From a virus (taxonomy: Duplodnaviria > Caudoviricetes): a DNA stretch of 42,509 bases. Below, piece after piece: positions 1 to 8,544 of this stretch. How positions within the stretch are numbered: position 1 is the first letter of the stretch; every line of letters begins with the position of its first letter. The notes under the pieces were generated by a model. That model saw only the letters and a list, made by a program, of their open reading frames with translations, ran no database searches and was not told where the DNA came from. The stretch lies in IMG/VR virus record IMGVR_UViG_3300037424_002202, positions 1 through 42,509 of that record, one strand, 5' to 3'. The position numbers and the translations under genes are program-made.

Positions 1-1423
1 CAACAAAAGCTTCTCCGGCTTCGGTAGATATGTTCATTTCTTTTGCGAATGCCCATCCGGATTGACCAGTCAACATACCAAAATTTCCGGTTTTTGCCTT
101 ATCGCGCTGGTCTTTTGTCGGCGTACTGGTCTTAAAAATGCCTCTCGCTGTATCATTATGAACATCAGTATCGCCCATATAAGCAGCCCACCACACCGGT
201 TCACCACTTAAAGAAGCGGCCACACGCAATTCAATTTGAGAATAGTCACCATCAATAAACATCCAATCATCTTCCCCAGGACGATCATTAATTTCCTTTA
301 TTGGATTTGCTACAAAAGCGTCACGAATAATTAAACCAGCCTCAATATCCTCTTGTTTTGCTTTAGGTTGATTTTGTAAGTTTGGATTGGCCGACGAATA
401 ACGGCCAGTAGTGACATTCCATTGCTTAAAATTACAATGCACTCGACCAGTAAGAGGATTAATGCGCCCAGGAAGAGCGTCTACAAATCCTTCAAGCTTC
501 TGTTGTAATGATGCTATTTTTAGCAAACACGGCACAATTTTGTGTTTATTCTCAATTGCTTTTAGAGCTTCTTCATTTGCGGATGGCCGTCCGGTTTTGG
601 TTTTGACCTTGCATGGCAATTTTAGCTCTTCATACAAAACCTTAGTCACCTGCATAGGCGAATTCGTATTAAATTCGTGTCCAGCAAGCTCAAATACTTG
701 CTTTTTTAAATCGTCAATTTGACGATTAATTTTAGTCGACAAATCCCTCAATAAATCCAGATCCAAATCAATGCCGTTTTGTTCCATTTCAATCGTACCA
801 CGAACCAACGCCATCTCGATGCCCCAAATTTTAGGATACTTCGTCTTAACATCCTGTAACTTGTGGTAAAGGCAGAGCGTAGCGTCAGCATCCATGCAAG
901 CATAAACCGTTTGGATTTCTGTGTCCAACAATTCAAAATTAACAACCGGTTTTTTACCGGCAAAGAACGATTTTAATTCTACCATTTCCCTTTCAAGATA
1001 AGTTTTACTAGCTTCTTTAAGACCACGCATATGAGAATTCGGATCGTCCAAATAGACCATGCACATAGCATCTTCGAATGCGCCAATTTTAACACCATGC
1101 CGCTCCAACACAGGAATATCGTAGTTGGCGTTGTAAAAAATGCACGTCCGGTTTTTAACAAATTCAGCCAACACTTGTAATTCTTCGCCCGTTTGAACAG
1201 GAACCCAATATGAAACGCCTTCTGCAAATGAGAAAGAAAATCCAAGAATTTTTGCCACCATTCGATCCAACGATGTAGTTTCTGTGTCTAAAGCAACAAT
1301 TTCCGGAGCAAAAACCATTACTGCTTTCAGCGTCTCAATATCGGAAATTCGCGTATATTTTCGTTCCCAAACCCACGCGGGAAACACGGCTTTTATATCG
1401 ATAACTAAAGACTGTTCAGGCAT
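1..1423 (-). CDS. polA: Family A DNA polymerase (3'-5' exonuclease plus polymerase, no 5' nuclease domain); runs off the left edge
   Basis: Not in the ORF track; translated by hand from ATG at 1423 (TAATG overlap). ExoI ALDTETT, ExoII FYNANYD, ExoIII YACMDAD, TGRYSSANPNLQNQP, motif A DGDYSQIELRV, motif B RDKAKTGNFGMLTG. Confidence 0.95.
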   Translation of the reverse strand, partial: MPEQSLVIDIKAVFPAWVWERKYTRISDIETLKAVMVFAPEIVALDTETTSLDRMVAKILGFSFSFAEGVSYWVPVQTGEELQVLAEFVKNRTCIFYNANYDIPVLERHGVKIGAFEDAMCMVYLDDPNSHMRGLKEASKTYLEREMVELKSFFAGKKPVVNFELLDTEIQTVYACMDADATLCLYHKLQDVKTKYPKIWGIEMALVRGTIEMEQNGIDLDLDLLRDLSTKINRQIDDLKKQVFELAGHEFNTNSPMQVTKVLYEELKLPCKVKTKTGRPSANEEALKAIENKHKIVPCLLKIASLQQKLEGFVDALPGRINPLTGRVHCNFKQWNVTTGRYSSANPNLQNQPKAKQEDIEAGLIIRDAFVANPIKEINDRPGEDDWMFIDGDYSQIELRVAASLSGEPVWWAAYMGDTDVHNDTARGIFKTSTPTKDQRDKAKTGNFGMLTGQSGWAFAKEMNISTEAGEAFV

Positions 1424-1674
1424 TACTTGTGTCCGAATTTTCTACGCACATTAAGATCGAATTTAGCTGGTCCCATATCGCGAATCGCTGCCTCAAACCC
1501 GCGAATTCTCATCTTAAGGTTATCTCTAAGCTTATGTAAATCAGAAATCAACCATTCTGATTCTCCACCTTGTGCTATTCGATTAATTTCCGAGCGAATA
1601 ACCTTAAGAGCTTCTTTCAATTCTGCGCACTCTGTCTTCAAATCTTCCAAGTGTTGGCGGGTCTTTTTACTCAT
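1423..1674 (-). CDS. Hypothetical coiled-coil protein
   Basis: 83 aa, heptad-like, stop overlaps the polymerase start. Confidence 0.75.
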   Translation of the reverse strand: MSKKTRQHLEDLKTECAELKEALKVIRSEINRIAQGGESEWLISDLHKLRDNLKMRIRGFEAAIRDMGPAKFDLNVRRKFGHK

Positions 1675-1690
1675 ATTTTTAGTACCCCGT

Positions 1691-3409
1691 TCAGTTTGTC
1701 GGCTTAAATCTCTTTACAAAAGCAATGTGGTTTGCCCCGATTGGCTCAATACCCGCATACATATGTCCCAATTTCAAAAGATTTTTCACATCGCGGCCTG
1801 AAATATTGGGATTTTCTTTCACAATTCTAAAAATTTCTGAATCGGAAATAAACAATTTTGATTCATCGGCCAAAATTCGCCAAATTTTAGCTTGTTCTTC
1901 ATCTGTCGGCATAGGGTATGATAAACGGGCAATGCACCTACTGGCAATGGCATCGTCTACATCATCTGGTCTATTAGTAGTTAAAAATAACACCGACGCA
2001 TGGTATTCAAGCACTCGAAGAAAAACACCAACAATGGCGTTTTGCGTCATCTCATTGCCGCGTTCGTGAACATAAACATCAGCCTCATCGAGCAGCATGA
2101 CAGCATTCCACCGACGTGCTCTAGCAAAAGCCTTAAGCAATTCGTTCTCTAAATCATCCGCCTCGGTCCCTAACTGGGAACATTGTACCGAATATAAAGC
2201 ACGGCCTTCGGATTCGGCATAAACCTCTGCTGTCAAAGTCTTTCCAGTCCCTGGCTTACCAGTCAACAGAATAACAACACCGCCCGATTTACCCTTTATT
2301 ATATCCTGAAACAACAAAGCGTTATGATTCATCAGCATCAAAACAAGATTCTTCAAATCCTTAGGCAGAACCAACTTATCTGACAATTGTCTATTGTAAA
2401 TATATTCAGTCAAATAATTGATGTGTACCCTAAGACGCACATGCTTAGTCAAATCAAAGACAGCACAAAACGGATGCACTGGAATCTCAATAAAATCGTT
2501 TTCTTCTGTGCCGGAATCAATATCATTTTCAATTTCATCTAATTCATCTCTGTCTGTGATTTCCGTGTATGGTGTTTTCATTTTCCAAAATTGCGTATCA
2601 AGATATACTGCTTTATCCTCATCTCTGCTCGATTTCGGGTCTTCATAAAACACGTCAACAACGCAACGCGTTGGCTGCCCGTCATTTTCTAATTGAATAG
2701 TATGGTTTAATCGATAGCCCCACCTATCGGGATTTGGATTTCCGTCTAAATTATCTGTACCAGTACCGACAGCATAGTATTGTTTACCAATTTTAGGATG
2801 CGTCTCCGCGAATCTATTTAATTCTTTTTCATATATGTGGCGAAATTCGGATGTTTCTGCGTAATAGCCTTTTCGAACCAAAGCCTCAGAAACGGAGCAT
2901 CTAATATCCTCAGCACCAAACCGAACATACACTTTTTTTCTACCACCAAATTCCTCGTAAAGCAGGCACATCGATACATAAGCCGGTTGTCTATAATCTC
3001 TCGATGTATCTTCAGGATGGTATTCAATATCGTTAACATAAAAAGCAAGCCAAGCCTCTTTCCCCGCCGATTCGCCGAATTTCTGGTATACTCTATGTCC
3101 AGGTACTGTACGAAGAAATTCTTTCAAAAGGGCAGCAAATTGCCATATAGTCCGAGCTTTAACATCAAATGGGTTTTCTAATACTCGTTTCCATGTTTTC
3201 AAATCCCGAAGGATTACTCCAACGCCTATAACTTTGGGATGCTGGTTGAACAATTCCTCTAAATCATCAACATAAGAACGCGGAAAGCGGGTTAAATCAA
3301 TTTCTGCTTCTTCTTTCCACGACCACGTTTTGGGGTTATTTAAACCCCATTTTCTAAAAGCACCGTCCGGAAAATGTTTAATAACTTTTTTAGTTACTCT
3401 GATTATCAT
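1691..3409 (-). CDS. AAA+ ATPase with long N-terminal region
   Basis: Walker A GKPGTGKT, Walker B VMLLDEAD, sensor-1/SRH FLTTNR..DDAIASR. Confidence 0.92.
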   Translation of the reverse strand: MIIRVTKKVIKHFPDGAFRKWGLNNPKTWSWKEEAEIDLTRFPRSYVDDLEELFNQHPKVIGVGVILRDLKTWKRVLENPFDVKARTIWQFAALLKEFLRTVPGHRVYQKFGESAGKEAWLAFYVNDIEYHPEDTSRDYRQPAYVSMCLLYEEFGGRKKVYVRFGAEDIRCSVSEALVRKGYYAETSEFRHIYEKELNRFAETHPKIGKQYYAVGTGTDNLDGNPNPDRWGYRLNHTIQLENDGQPTRCVVDVFYEDPKSSRDEDKAVYLDTQFWKMKTPYTEITDRDELDEIENDIDSGTEENDFIEIPVHPFCAVFDLTKHVRLRVHINYLTEYIYNRQLSDKLVLPKDLKNLVLMLMNHNALLFQDIIKGKSGGVVILLTGKPGTGKTLTAEVYAESEGRALYSVQCSQLGTEADDLENELLKAFARARRWNAVMLLDEADVYVHERGNEMTQNAIVGVFLRVLEYHASVLFLTTNRPDDVDDAIASRCIARLSYPMPTDEEQAKIWRILADESKLFISDSEIFRIVKENPNISGRDVKNLLKLGHMYAGIEPIGANHIAFVKRFKPTN

Positions 3410-3950
3410 GATTTACCCGCTTTCCAAGACGCATTTTGGCACAAATTAAAGCACTGCGTATTTTTCCACATGGTAAATTAAACTCACATGCAACGTCCTC
3501 ATACGGTCGATTGTTTAAATAAACCTCTTCAAAGGCTCTACGTTGCAATACAGGCAATTGGTATAACAAACCATACATCCCGGAATTCGCCTCTTGTTCT
3601 ATTAATGCCTGTTCGGGATTGTATTTGTTTTCTTCAATGTTAAGCCAATTGTGCGCGGACAAATAATCCACATTTTCTTTTTCCCGAACACACGCTCTAA
3701 TGTGCTCAATAGAAACTGTTCTTACAACAAAGAAAATCCACGTAGATAATTTTGCTTTGTTAAATTGATACGTATATAATTTCTCAAAAATTCGAAGAAA
3801 CGCGTCTTGAATAACATCATCGCGTTCATACGGCACAATTATAAAACGATTCACAATATAGCGAATTAAATGTTGATATTGTATAACAAACACCAATTTA
3901 GCCGATTCATCACCCGCTAAAATGCGCTTAACTAACTGTTCGTCCGTCAT
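3390..3950 (-). CDS. ECF-type RNA polymerase sigma factor
   Basis: Region 2 DDVIQDAFLRIF..LSTWIF; region 4 LPVLQRRAF..YEDVACEFNLPCGKIRSAL; 186 aa. Confidence 0.92.
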   Translation of the reverse strand: MTDEQLVKRILAGDESAKLVFVIQYQHLIRYIVNRFIIVPYERDDVIQDAFLRIFEKLYTYQFNKAKLSTWIFFVVRTVSIEHIRACVREKENVDYLSAHNWLNIEENKYNPEQALIEQEANSGMYGLLYQLPVLQRRAFEEVYLNNRPYEDVACEFNLPCGKIRSALICAKMRLGKRVNHDNQSN

Positions 3951-4426
3951 TCTTTATTGCTCGAATCGATACAAATAGGCAACCTACGTAGCATAACCCA
4001 TTGTGTTGTAGAAGAATGCTTTGTGCGCATAGAGACTTTATGCCCAAATAAAGGCTCCCACCATTCGGACATTAATCCTAAGACTTTAACAAACGATTGA
4101 TCGTGGTCATTCCATTTAAAAGCCATTAATGCATCAGGACGTGACACGCGGTGGGCTTCTTTTGCTGAACCGCGAATGATACTGCGAATGTCCTCTGTGG
4201 TATGATATCCGTAACACTTTGACAGGTTTGAATTGATGCCAAAATTTACATGTGGTGGATCAAAGACTATTAAATCATAACCATTTCCAATTTCAGGCGG
4301 CAATAAACGTGAATCTGCTACTACGGTAGGATTACATTCAGGGCGAATATCGATATACACCGTATCCGGATGGTTTTTATTAAACCACACAGCCCGATTA
4401 CCAGCAGAAAGATCGAGAATTTTCAC
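3947..4426 (-). CDS. Class I SAM-dependent methyltransferase (amino-MTase-type DPPH motif)
   Basis: ILDLSAG SAM motif, DIR, and LIVFDPPH. Confidence 0.85.
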   Translation of the reverse strand: MKILDLSAGNRAVWFNKNHPDTVYIDIRPECNPTVVADSRLLPPEIGNGYDLIVFDPPHVNFGINSNLSKCYGYHTTEDIRSIIRGSAKEAHRVSRPDALMAFKWNDHDQSFVKVLGLMSEWWEPLFGHKVSMRTKHSSTTQWVMLRRLPICIDSSNKE

Positions 4427-4905
4427 TGGCCACGCCGCAATACAGTAACGCTAACTTTTCGCCTTCCCCAGGACATTGCTTCCTGCATATTTGCGAAACA
4501 GACATCTATAATCATTCCCTTTATCTTTGGTCCAGTATCGGTGGCCATTGCCATGCCAAGCGAATCGATGTACACGATTGAACCAAGCGGAATAACTTTT
4601 GGATCAACGGCTATCGTGAACACGTCCATTCCACCAATCGTAATGCTGCCTTTATTAAACACTGGATGACCAAGTTTAGTGATTGTTGAATAAGGCGGAC
4701 CAATCGCATAGCCAGTGGCTTCAAATTCTGAACGCTGTGCTTCCCGAATCACCACAACATCCGGCGTCCATTCTTTGATTTCTTCAATAATTTTCAATTT
4801 CTGATCATTACCATTTAGCCAATTAACAACAGCCCAAATTCCAATCGTTCCAACCACAATATATGCAGCCAACAACATGCGTTTATAAATTAAACGAAAA
4901 TTCAT
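4423..4905 (-). CDS. Membrane-anchored 3D-domain peptidoglycan hydrolase
   Basis: N-terminal TM; ATGY..IAVDPKVIPLGS..ATDTG..IKG..ID, the three-Asp 3D signature. Confidence 0.88.
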   Translation of the reverse strand: MNFRLIYKRMLLAAYIVVGTIGIWAVVNWLNGNDQKLKIIEEIKEWTPDVVVIREAQRSEFEATGYAIGPPYSTITKLGHPVFNKGSITIGGMDVFTIAVDPKVIPLGSIVYIDSLGMAMATDTGPKIKGMIIDVCFANMQEAMSWGRRKVSVTVLRRGQ

Positions 4906-4908
4906 ACT

Positions 4909-5301
4909 TTACCCCTCTCCTACTGTGTGCGCTTCCTTTGGCCTCATAAAACCCTGGCCAGAACAAGCAATACAATCCTCAGAATAAAACATAGTGCCAT
5001 TCTTATCTGTCCATTCGGGAAGCTCGATAACTCCCGAACCATTGCAGTCTTTGCACGTGGGGTAAGCCTCAAGCCAATAATTCGGATTAGCTTCAAAAGC
5101 TTCAGCGCACCAACTGAAACCTGTACCGTCCATTCTCTTCCCAAGAATAGTGCCGTCAAAAACAACCTCAATTTGTATCACCGAACCAATACCAATCCCT
5201 TGGGCTTTTAAGGCAGCATAAGACTGCGAAGAAAATGGCAATGCAACGATAATAAGAAAATCGCCAGATTGTGCCGCATACAGATCTTTTAGTCTAATCA
5301 T
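4909..5301 (-). CDS. Hypothetical protein: possible FeoA/SH3-like N-terminus plus DnaJ-type zinc finger
   Basis: CKDCNGSG and CIACSGQG repeats; N-terminal L..QGIGIGSVIQI pattern resembles FeoA. Confidence 0.6.
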   Translation of the reverse strand: MIRLKDLYAAQSGDFLIIVALPFSSQSYAALKAQGIGIGSVIQIEVVFDGTILGKRMDGTGFSWCAEAFEANPNYWLEAYPTCKDCNGSGVIELPEWTDKNGTMFYSEDCIACSGQGFMRPKEAHTVGEG

Positions 5302-5600
5302 AAGTCAACAATCCTTCCTATCTGTTGAAAACGGTTATAAAAATCCTTTTTGATTTTAGACGTTTCTTCAGCTTCCACGTTTTTCCGCGCAGTTTCCGCT
5401 ATAAATTTTGCTACCAACCGCCAAATTTTCTTCCAACGACCAACACATGCTCGACACCAAAAGGGTCCTGGTATATCGCCCTCACAGCGTTCAATTTGCA
5501 TAAGTATTGCAAACAAACGCAAATATTGAACGCCTGAAATCCTGCCCCTGCAAGCCTCAGACACCATTTCTGCGCCGGACAAAGACTGTGATTGCTTCAT
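5298..5600 (-). CDS. Hypothetical protein with CEGDIP..WCxxC motif
   Basis: Overlaps both neighbours; motif shared with 6104-6685 and 41265-41516. Confidence 0.8.
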   Translation of the reverse strand: MKQSQSLSGAEMVSEACRGRISGVQYLRLFAILMQIERCEGDIPGPFWCRACVGRWKKIWRLVAKFIAETARKNVEAEETSKIKKDFYNRFQQIGRIVDL

Positions 5601-6094
5601 TATCCCGTAAATCTATTAAACAACTTTCGTGCCGAATTACCAACTTGTGGCCCCCAAGTGGTCCTGCACCGTTTGTAATCATTAGAAACCCAAACCCCAA
5701 CAGCGAAAGGCTCTTGTACCGTACCTATACCACAAGAATAGTCAACAAGTCCTATAACAAATCTAACCACTCCACCGGCAAACTGTGGATGGTTATCTTC
5801 TAAATTAGCGTCGGACCAAGCCCCGCTCACAGTAAGAACCTTCACTTTAGAAAATTGCACGACCGAACAATCTAAAATGGTGTACTTAATTTGTTCTTTA
5901 GCGTACAATTCGGCTTTTACAGTCACATTAACCGAATCAATAAATGTCTCGGCCTTAACAAGCACTGGCTCCGATCGCTCACGAACAACCACGATATTGG
6001 AAGAATGCTCTTCAACTTTACCAACATGCACAATCATAATCAATGCAAAAATCATAAAAGCCACGAAATACGAAATCGAAACAGATTTTTTCAT
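5600..6094 (-). CDS. Membrane-anchored hypothetical protein
   Basis: N-terminal hydrophobic helix; operon-like spacing. Confidence 0.7.
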   Translation of the reverse strand: MKKSVSISYFVAFMIFALIMIVHVGKVEEHSSNIVVVRERSEPVLVKAETFIDSVNVTVKAELYAKEQIKYTILDCSVVQFSKVKVLTVSGAWSDANLEDNHPQFAGGVVRFVIGLVDYSCGIGTVQEPFAVGVWVSNDYKRCRTTWGPQVGNSARKLFNRFTG

Positions 6095-6103
6095 AGGTTT
6101 ACC

Positions 6104-6685
6104 CTAATCCTCAGGATCGTTATCGTTCCTGTCTTTTTCTAACATCGCCCTGCATTCAATACATAACGTGCTCTCATCGTAATGCTTATTGGGATTTAGC
6201 TTAAAATGGCTTCGGTGTCCATCAGGAATAATTGGAAATTTACAATATTCACAAAAAGACGTTATTTCTGGATTTACATCTAAAATACCATTATTTATAG
6301 GAAGACCTGAAAAATACTTTTGGACAAAGGAAATATTTTGCTCATGACGCTGTGCAATACCTGTTCCATCACAACTGGAACACTGGCCACCACCATCGTG
6401 TGGCCTATCAAATCCTGAGCCACCACAGTGCTTACATAGATTATGTAATTCATCCAGCGTAATGTTAGTCTGTTTGGCTTTCTTATGCATCCGTTCGAGC
6501 TTAGCCCAATTAATAAATCCTTGCATCTTGCGCCATCGAGCTTTACAGTCCTCACACCAATGTGTTGCTGGAATATCCCCCTCACATTCACTTATTTGGG
6601 TAGCAATGGCAACTACTCGATTGTAATGCACTTCTGGTAAAGACTGCGCACGTTCAATGAATGTCTCGAATTGTTTATCGTCCAT
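6104..6685 (-). CDS. Multi-zinc-finger hypothetical protein (CEGDIP motif, CxxCxGxG pair, further CxxC pair)
   Basis: Likely start MDDKQFE at 6685; the MMRKTGT repeats in the ORF-track version come from reading through the 21-bp repeat. Confidence 0.8.
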   Translation of the reverse strand: MDDKQFETFIERAQSLPEVHYNRVVAIATQISECEGDIPATHWCEDCKARWRKMQGFINWAKLERMHKKAKQTNITLDELHNLCKHCGGSGFDRPHDGGGQCSSCDGTGIAQRHEQNISFVQKYFSGLPINNGILDVNPEITSFCEYCKFPIIPDGHRSHFKLNPNKHYDESTLCIECRAMLEKDRNDNDPED

Positions 6686-7121
6686 CATCGTCCCAGTCTT
6701 CCTCATCATCGTCCCAGTCTTCCTCATCATCGTCCCAGTCTTCCTCATCATCTTCATCGTAGTATGAATCATCGGTTTCAATTATTATACCACCAAAATC
6801 GAATCGATGCCCATCATATTCAATCTTCAAACCAGATGGGAAATCTTTAACTAAACCAAGACGCAAACCGTCCTTGTCTTCCACCAATTCTACAGGAACC
6901 GCCCCCAAAACTCCGGCGTCTACGTCAAACATATGACCATCCTGATCATAGTAGCACCCATCTCCATATTCGGTTCCCGCCATGAAAAACAGCATTGATA
7001 GACAATCAAAAATACCATCCGACTTACCGAGATTGTCACAAACCTTGGACCAATTACCATCGCGGAACACATAACATGGATCCCCAATGTAATACGTGCC
7101 TGCTGGTAAACTAAACTTCAT
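6675..7121 (-). CDS. Phage hypothetical protein with acidic EEDWDDD tail
   Basis: Start MKFSLP (ATGA overlap at 7118-7121); YYIGDPCY, YGDG.Y.D and VDAG.LG motifs. Confidence 0.8.
   Translation of the reverse strand: MKFSLPAGTYYIGDPCYVFRDGNWSKVCDNLGKSDGIFDCLSMLFFMAGTEYGDGCYYDQDGHMFDVDAGVLGAVPVELVEDKDGLRLGLVKDFPSGLKIEYDGHRFDFGGIIIETDDSYYDEDDEEDWDDDEEDWDDDEEDWDDDGR
6683..6752. repeat. 21-bp tandem repeat, about 3.3 copies (CATCATCGTCCCAGTCTTCCT)
   Basis: Exact units at 6683, 6704 and 6725, partial unit at 6746. Confidence 0.97.
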
Positions 7122-7300
7122 AATGACAACAATCCTTTCCACATTCCGTGCTTAGCCGGATCGTATTGTTCTAACACATGTAACGAAATTTTTTCCTCAA
7201 CGACTGAGAACACAACAAACGCCTTTTTCCTAAGAATAAAGCGGATTAAGCCATGCCTACCCGCCGACGTAACTACCTTCGAACCAATATCAAATAACAT
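7118..7300 (-). CDS. Small hypothetical protein (SH3/KOW-like?)
   Basis: 60 aa, IGSKV...GRHG.I pattern, tight packing. Confidence 0.65.
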   Translation of the reverse strand: MLFDIGSKVVTSAGRHGLIRFILRKKAFVVFSVVEEKISLHVLEQYDPAKHGMWKGLLSL

Positions 7301-7304
7301 TGCA

Positions 7305-7586
7305 CTAACTCCATCTCAAAATGTCTGTGTGAAAATTGACCTTGAGCAAATCAGCAAAATGACGATTGGCATACCCTATATGCACTTGCAATTTCATATC
7401 TTTGGTGCATTCAGCACACATTCCGTGCGATGCATATTTATGCCAATCAGATTCGTGAACAAGAGCACCACGACGACCAACCACGATGGTGTGATTGCAC
7501 CATGCACAAGCCATACCTGGAGACATTTTAATCTGAGCAGCGATTTGCTTGCTCAATTCCCGCTCTTCTACCGTCATCGTTGCCAT
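7305..7586 (-). CDS. Hypothetical zinc-binding protein
   Basis: Start MATMTV with AGAGGAG RBS; CAWC and HGMCAEC. Confidence 0.8.
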   Translation of the reverse strand: MATMTVEERELSKQIAAQIKMSPGMACAWCNHTIVVGRRGALVHESDWHKYASHGMCAECTKDMKLQVHIGYANRHFADLLKVNFHTDILRWS

Positions 7587-7615
7587 CACAATCTCCTCTC
7601 GTTGCCTAAATAAAT

Positions 7616-7632
7616 AGCATAAAACGTGCCAA
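7616..7632 (-). promoter_or_regulatory. Sigma-54-type -24/-12 promoter, copy 1
   Basis: Minus strand TTGGCACGTTTTATGCT (GG-N10-GC); RBS just after the predicted +1; identical copy at 10439-10455. Confidence 0.75.
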
Positions 7633-7683
7633 ATGGTTTTTCTGTATATTTTTCGAACACGTGTCCGACGCGGGTACAAATGT

Positions 7684-7721
7684 TGCAACTTTTTGCAGAT
7701 TATGGGGGTATGCAAAATTAT
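7684..7721. promoter_or_regulatory. Putative enhancer boxes, copy 1 (TGCA-N6-TGCA and TATGCAAAATTAT)
   Basis: Sequence and spacing conserved with 10508-10546. Confidence 0.55.
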
Positions 7722-7762
7722 GGCATAAAAACCATAATTTATATGCAAGCAAACTATATAGC

Positions 7763-7867
7763 CTAATAAGAATATGGTTGTGGAAGCAGCTTAGGCAGCT
7801 TAGGTGTCCGACGCGTCTTGGTCCTGGGCTTCTTAACTTTGGATTTCTTAGTCTTCTTGGTTGCCAT
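7763..7867 (-). CDS. 34-aa highly basic peptide (MATKKTKKSKVKKPRTKTRRTPKLPKLLPQPYSY)
   Basis: Hand-translated, below the ORF-track cutoff; AAGGA RBS; starts 1 nt after the upstream stop. Confidence 0.7.
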   Translation of the reverse strand: MATKKTKKSKVKKPRTKTRRTPKLPKLLPQPYSY

Positions 7868-7868
7868 A

Positions 7869-8138
7869 TTAGTCCTTCACTTTTATTACTCTTGTCTTGC
7901 AGTCCGTTTTTGGATCGTAGATTTGCACCACAATCTGGGATTCGTATTTAATACCAGGAAGCGTGGCAATCGATTTGGCAATTTGTGCCGCCACAACATC
8001 CATATCAAGATATGCGTAAACTCCAGGCTCAAGCCATAAATACAAAGTTAAATCATGGCGTTCCATCGGTAAAAATTGATCAAACAACTTGTGCGCCGTG
8101 CCGCGCACTTTCTTCCAAAAAACTGAACGGCTCTTCAC
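7869..8138 (-). CDS. Hypothetical protein
   Basis: GTG start with AGAGGA RBS. Confidence 0.7.
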   Translation of the reverse strand: MKSRSVFWKKVRGTAHKLFDQFLPMERHDLTLYLWLEPGVYAYLDMDVVAAQIAKSIATLPGIKYESQIVVQIYDPKTDCKTRVIKVKD

Positions 8139-8158
8139 TTAATCCTCTTACAAAACAA

Positions 8159-8221
8159 AGCCCCGATGCTTAGGTTATCTGTTCGCGACAATGCTACTAA
8201 GATTTCGTTCACATCGGGGCT
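8159..8221 (-). other. Structured intergenic RNA element / terminator with large nested hairpin
   Basis: AGCCCCGATG/CATCGGGGCT 10-bp stem enclosing CTTAG/CTAAG, followed by TTGTTTTGT on the minus strand. Confidence 0.65.
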
Positions 8222-8244
8222 AACTATCACTTCCTTTTGGCCCT

Positions 8245-8541
8245 TTACTTTTTTACCGAAACTTGAACACCATATTTACTTGGCAATTCTTGAATTTCAT
8301 CCCAAGAATAAATGTTCTTTTCTGGGAAGAAATTTTTAAAGCCAACTACTATATAACGACTTTCTTGGGGAGGGATTTCCTCACTTTCCGCACGAAAAGC
8401 GACAAATTTAGGGAAGCCAGGAACAGACGGAGCATTCTGCTTATCAGCAATCTGCTTCTGAATCTGTTCCTCAAGGCCACCAGCATCATTAAAAGATAAC
8501 CCCTCATTTACCAATTCACTTAACTTTGTTTCTTCAGACAT
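8245..8541 (-). CDS. Hypothetical protein
   Basis: Start MSEETK with GAAAGGA RBS. Confidence 0.75.
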   Translation of the reverse strand: MSEETKLSELVNEGLSFNDAGGLEEQIQKQIADKQNAPSVPGFPKFVAFRAESEEIPPQESRYIVVGFKNFFPEKNIYSWDEIQELPSKYGVQVSVKK

Positions 8542-8544
8542 TAT

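Noticed and set aside
748-1245. Minus-strand ORFs 748-963 and 979-1245 as a split or frameshifted polymerase
   Set aside because: They are off-frame; the polymerase motifs all lie in one frame from 1423, which the track missed because it has no stop in the window
1691-3409. AAA ATPase as the sigma-54 activator or as an eCIS Afp15 ATPase
   Set aside because: No GAFTGA loop or C-terminal HTH, and it lies far from the tail genes
6683-6752. CRISPR mini-array
   Set aside because: Units are contiguous with no spacers and encode an acidic peptide
7661-7815. 12-bp repeat GTGTCCGACGCG at 7661 and 7804
   Set aside because: One copy is inside a coding region and there is no consistent context; may be chance
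8159-8221. Hammerhead ribozyme or known riboswitch
   Set aside because: CCGAUG..GAAA only loosely resembles the core; CUGANGA and the stem arrangement are absent
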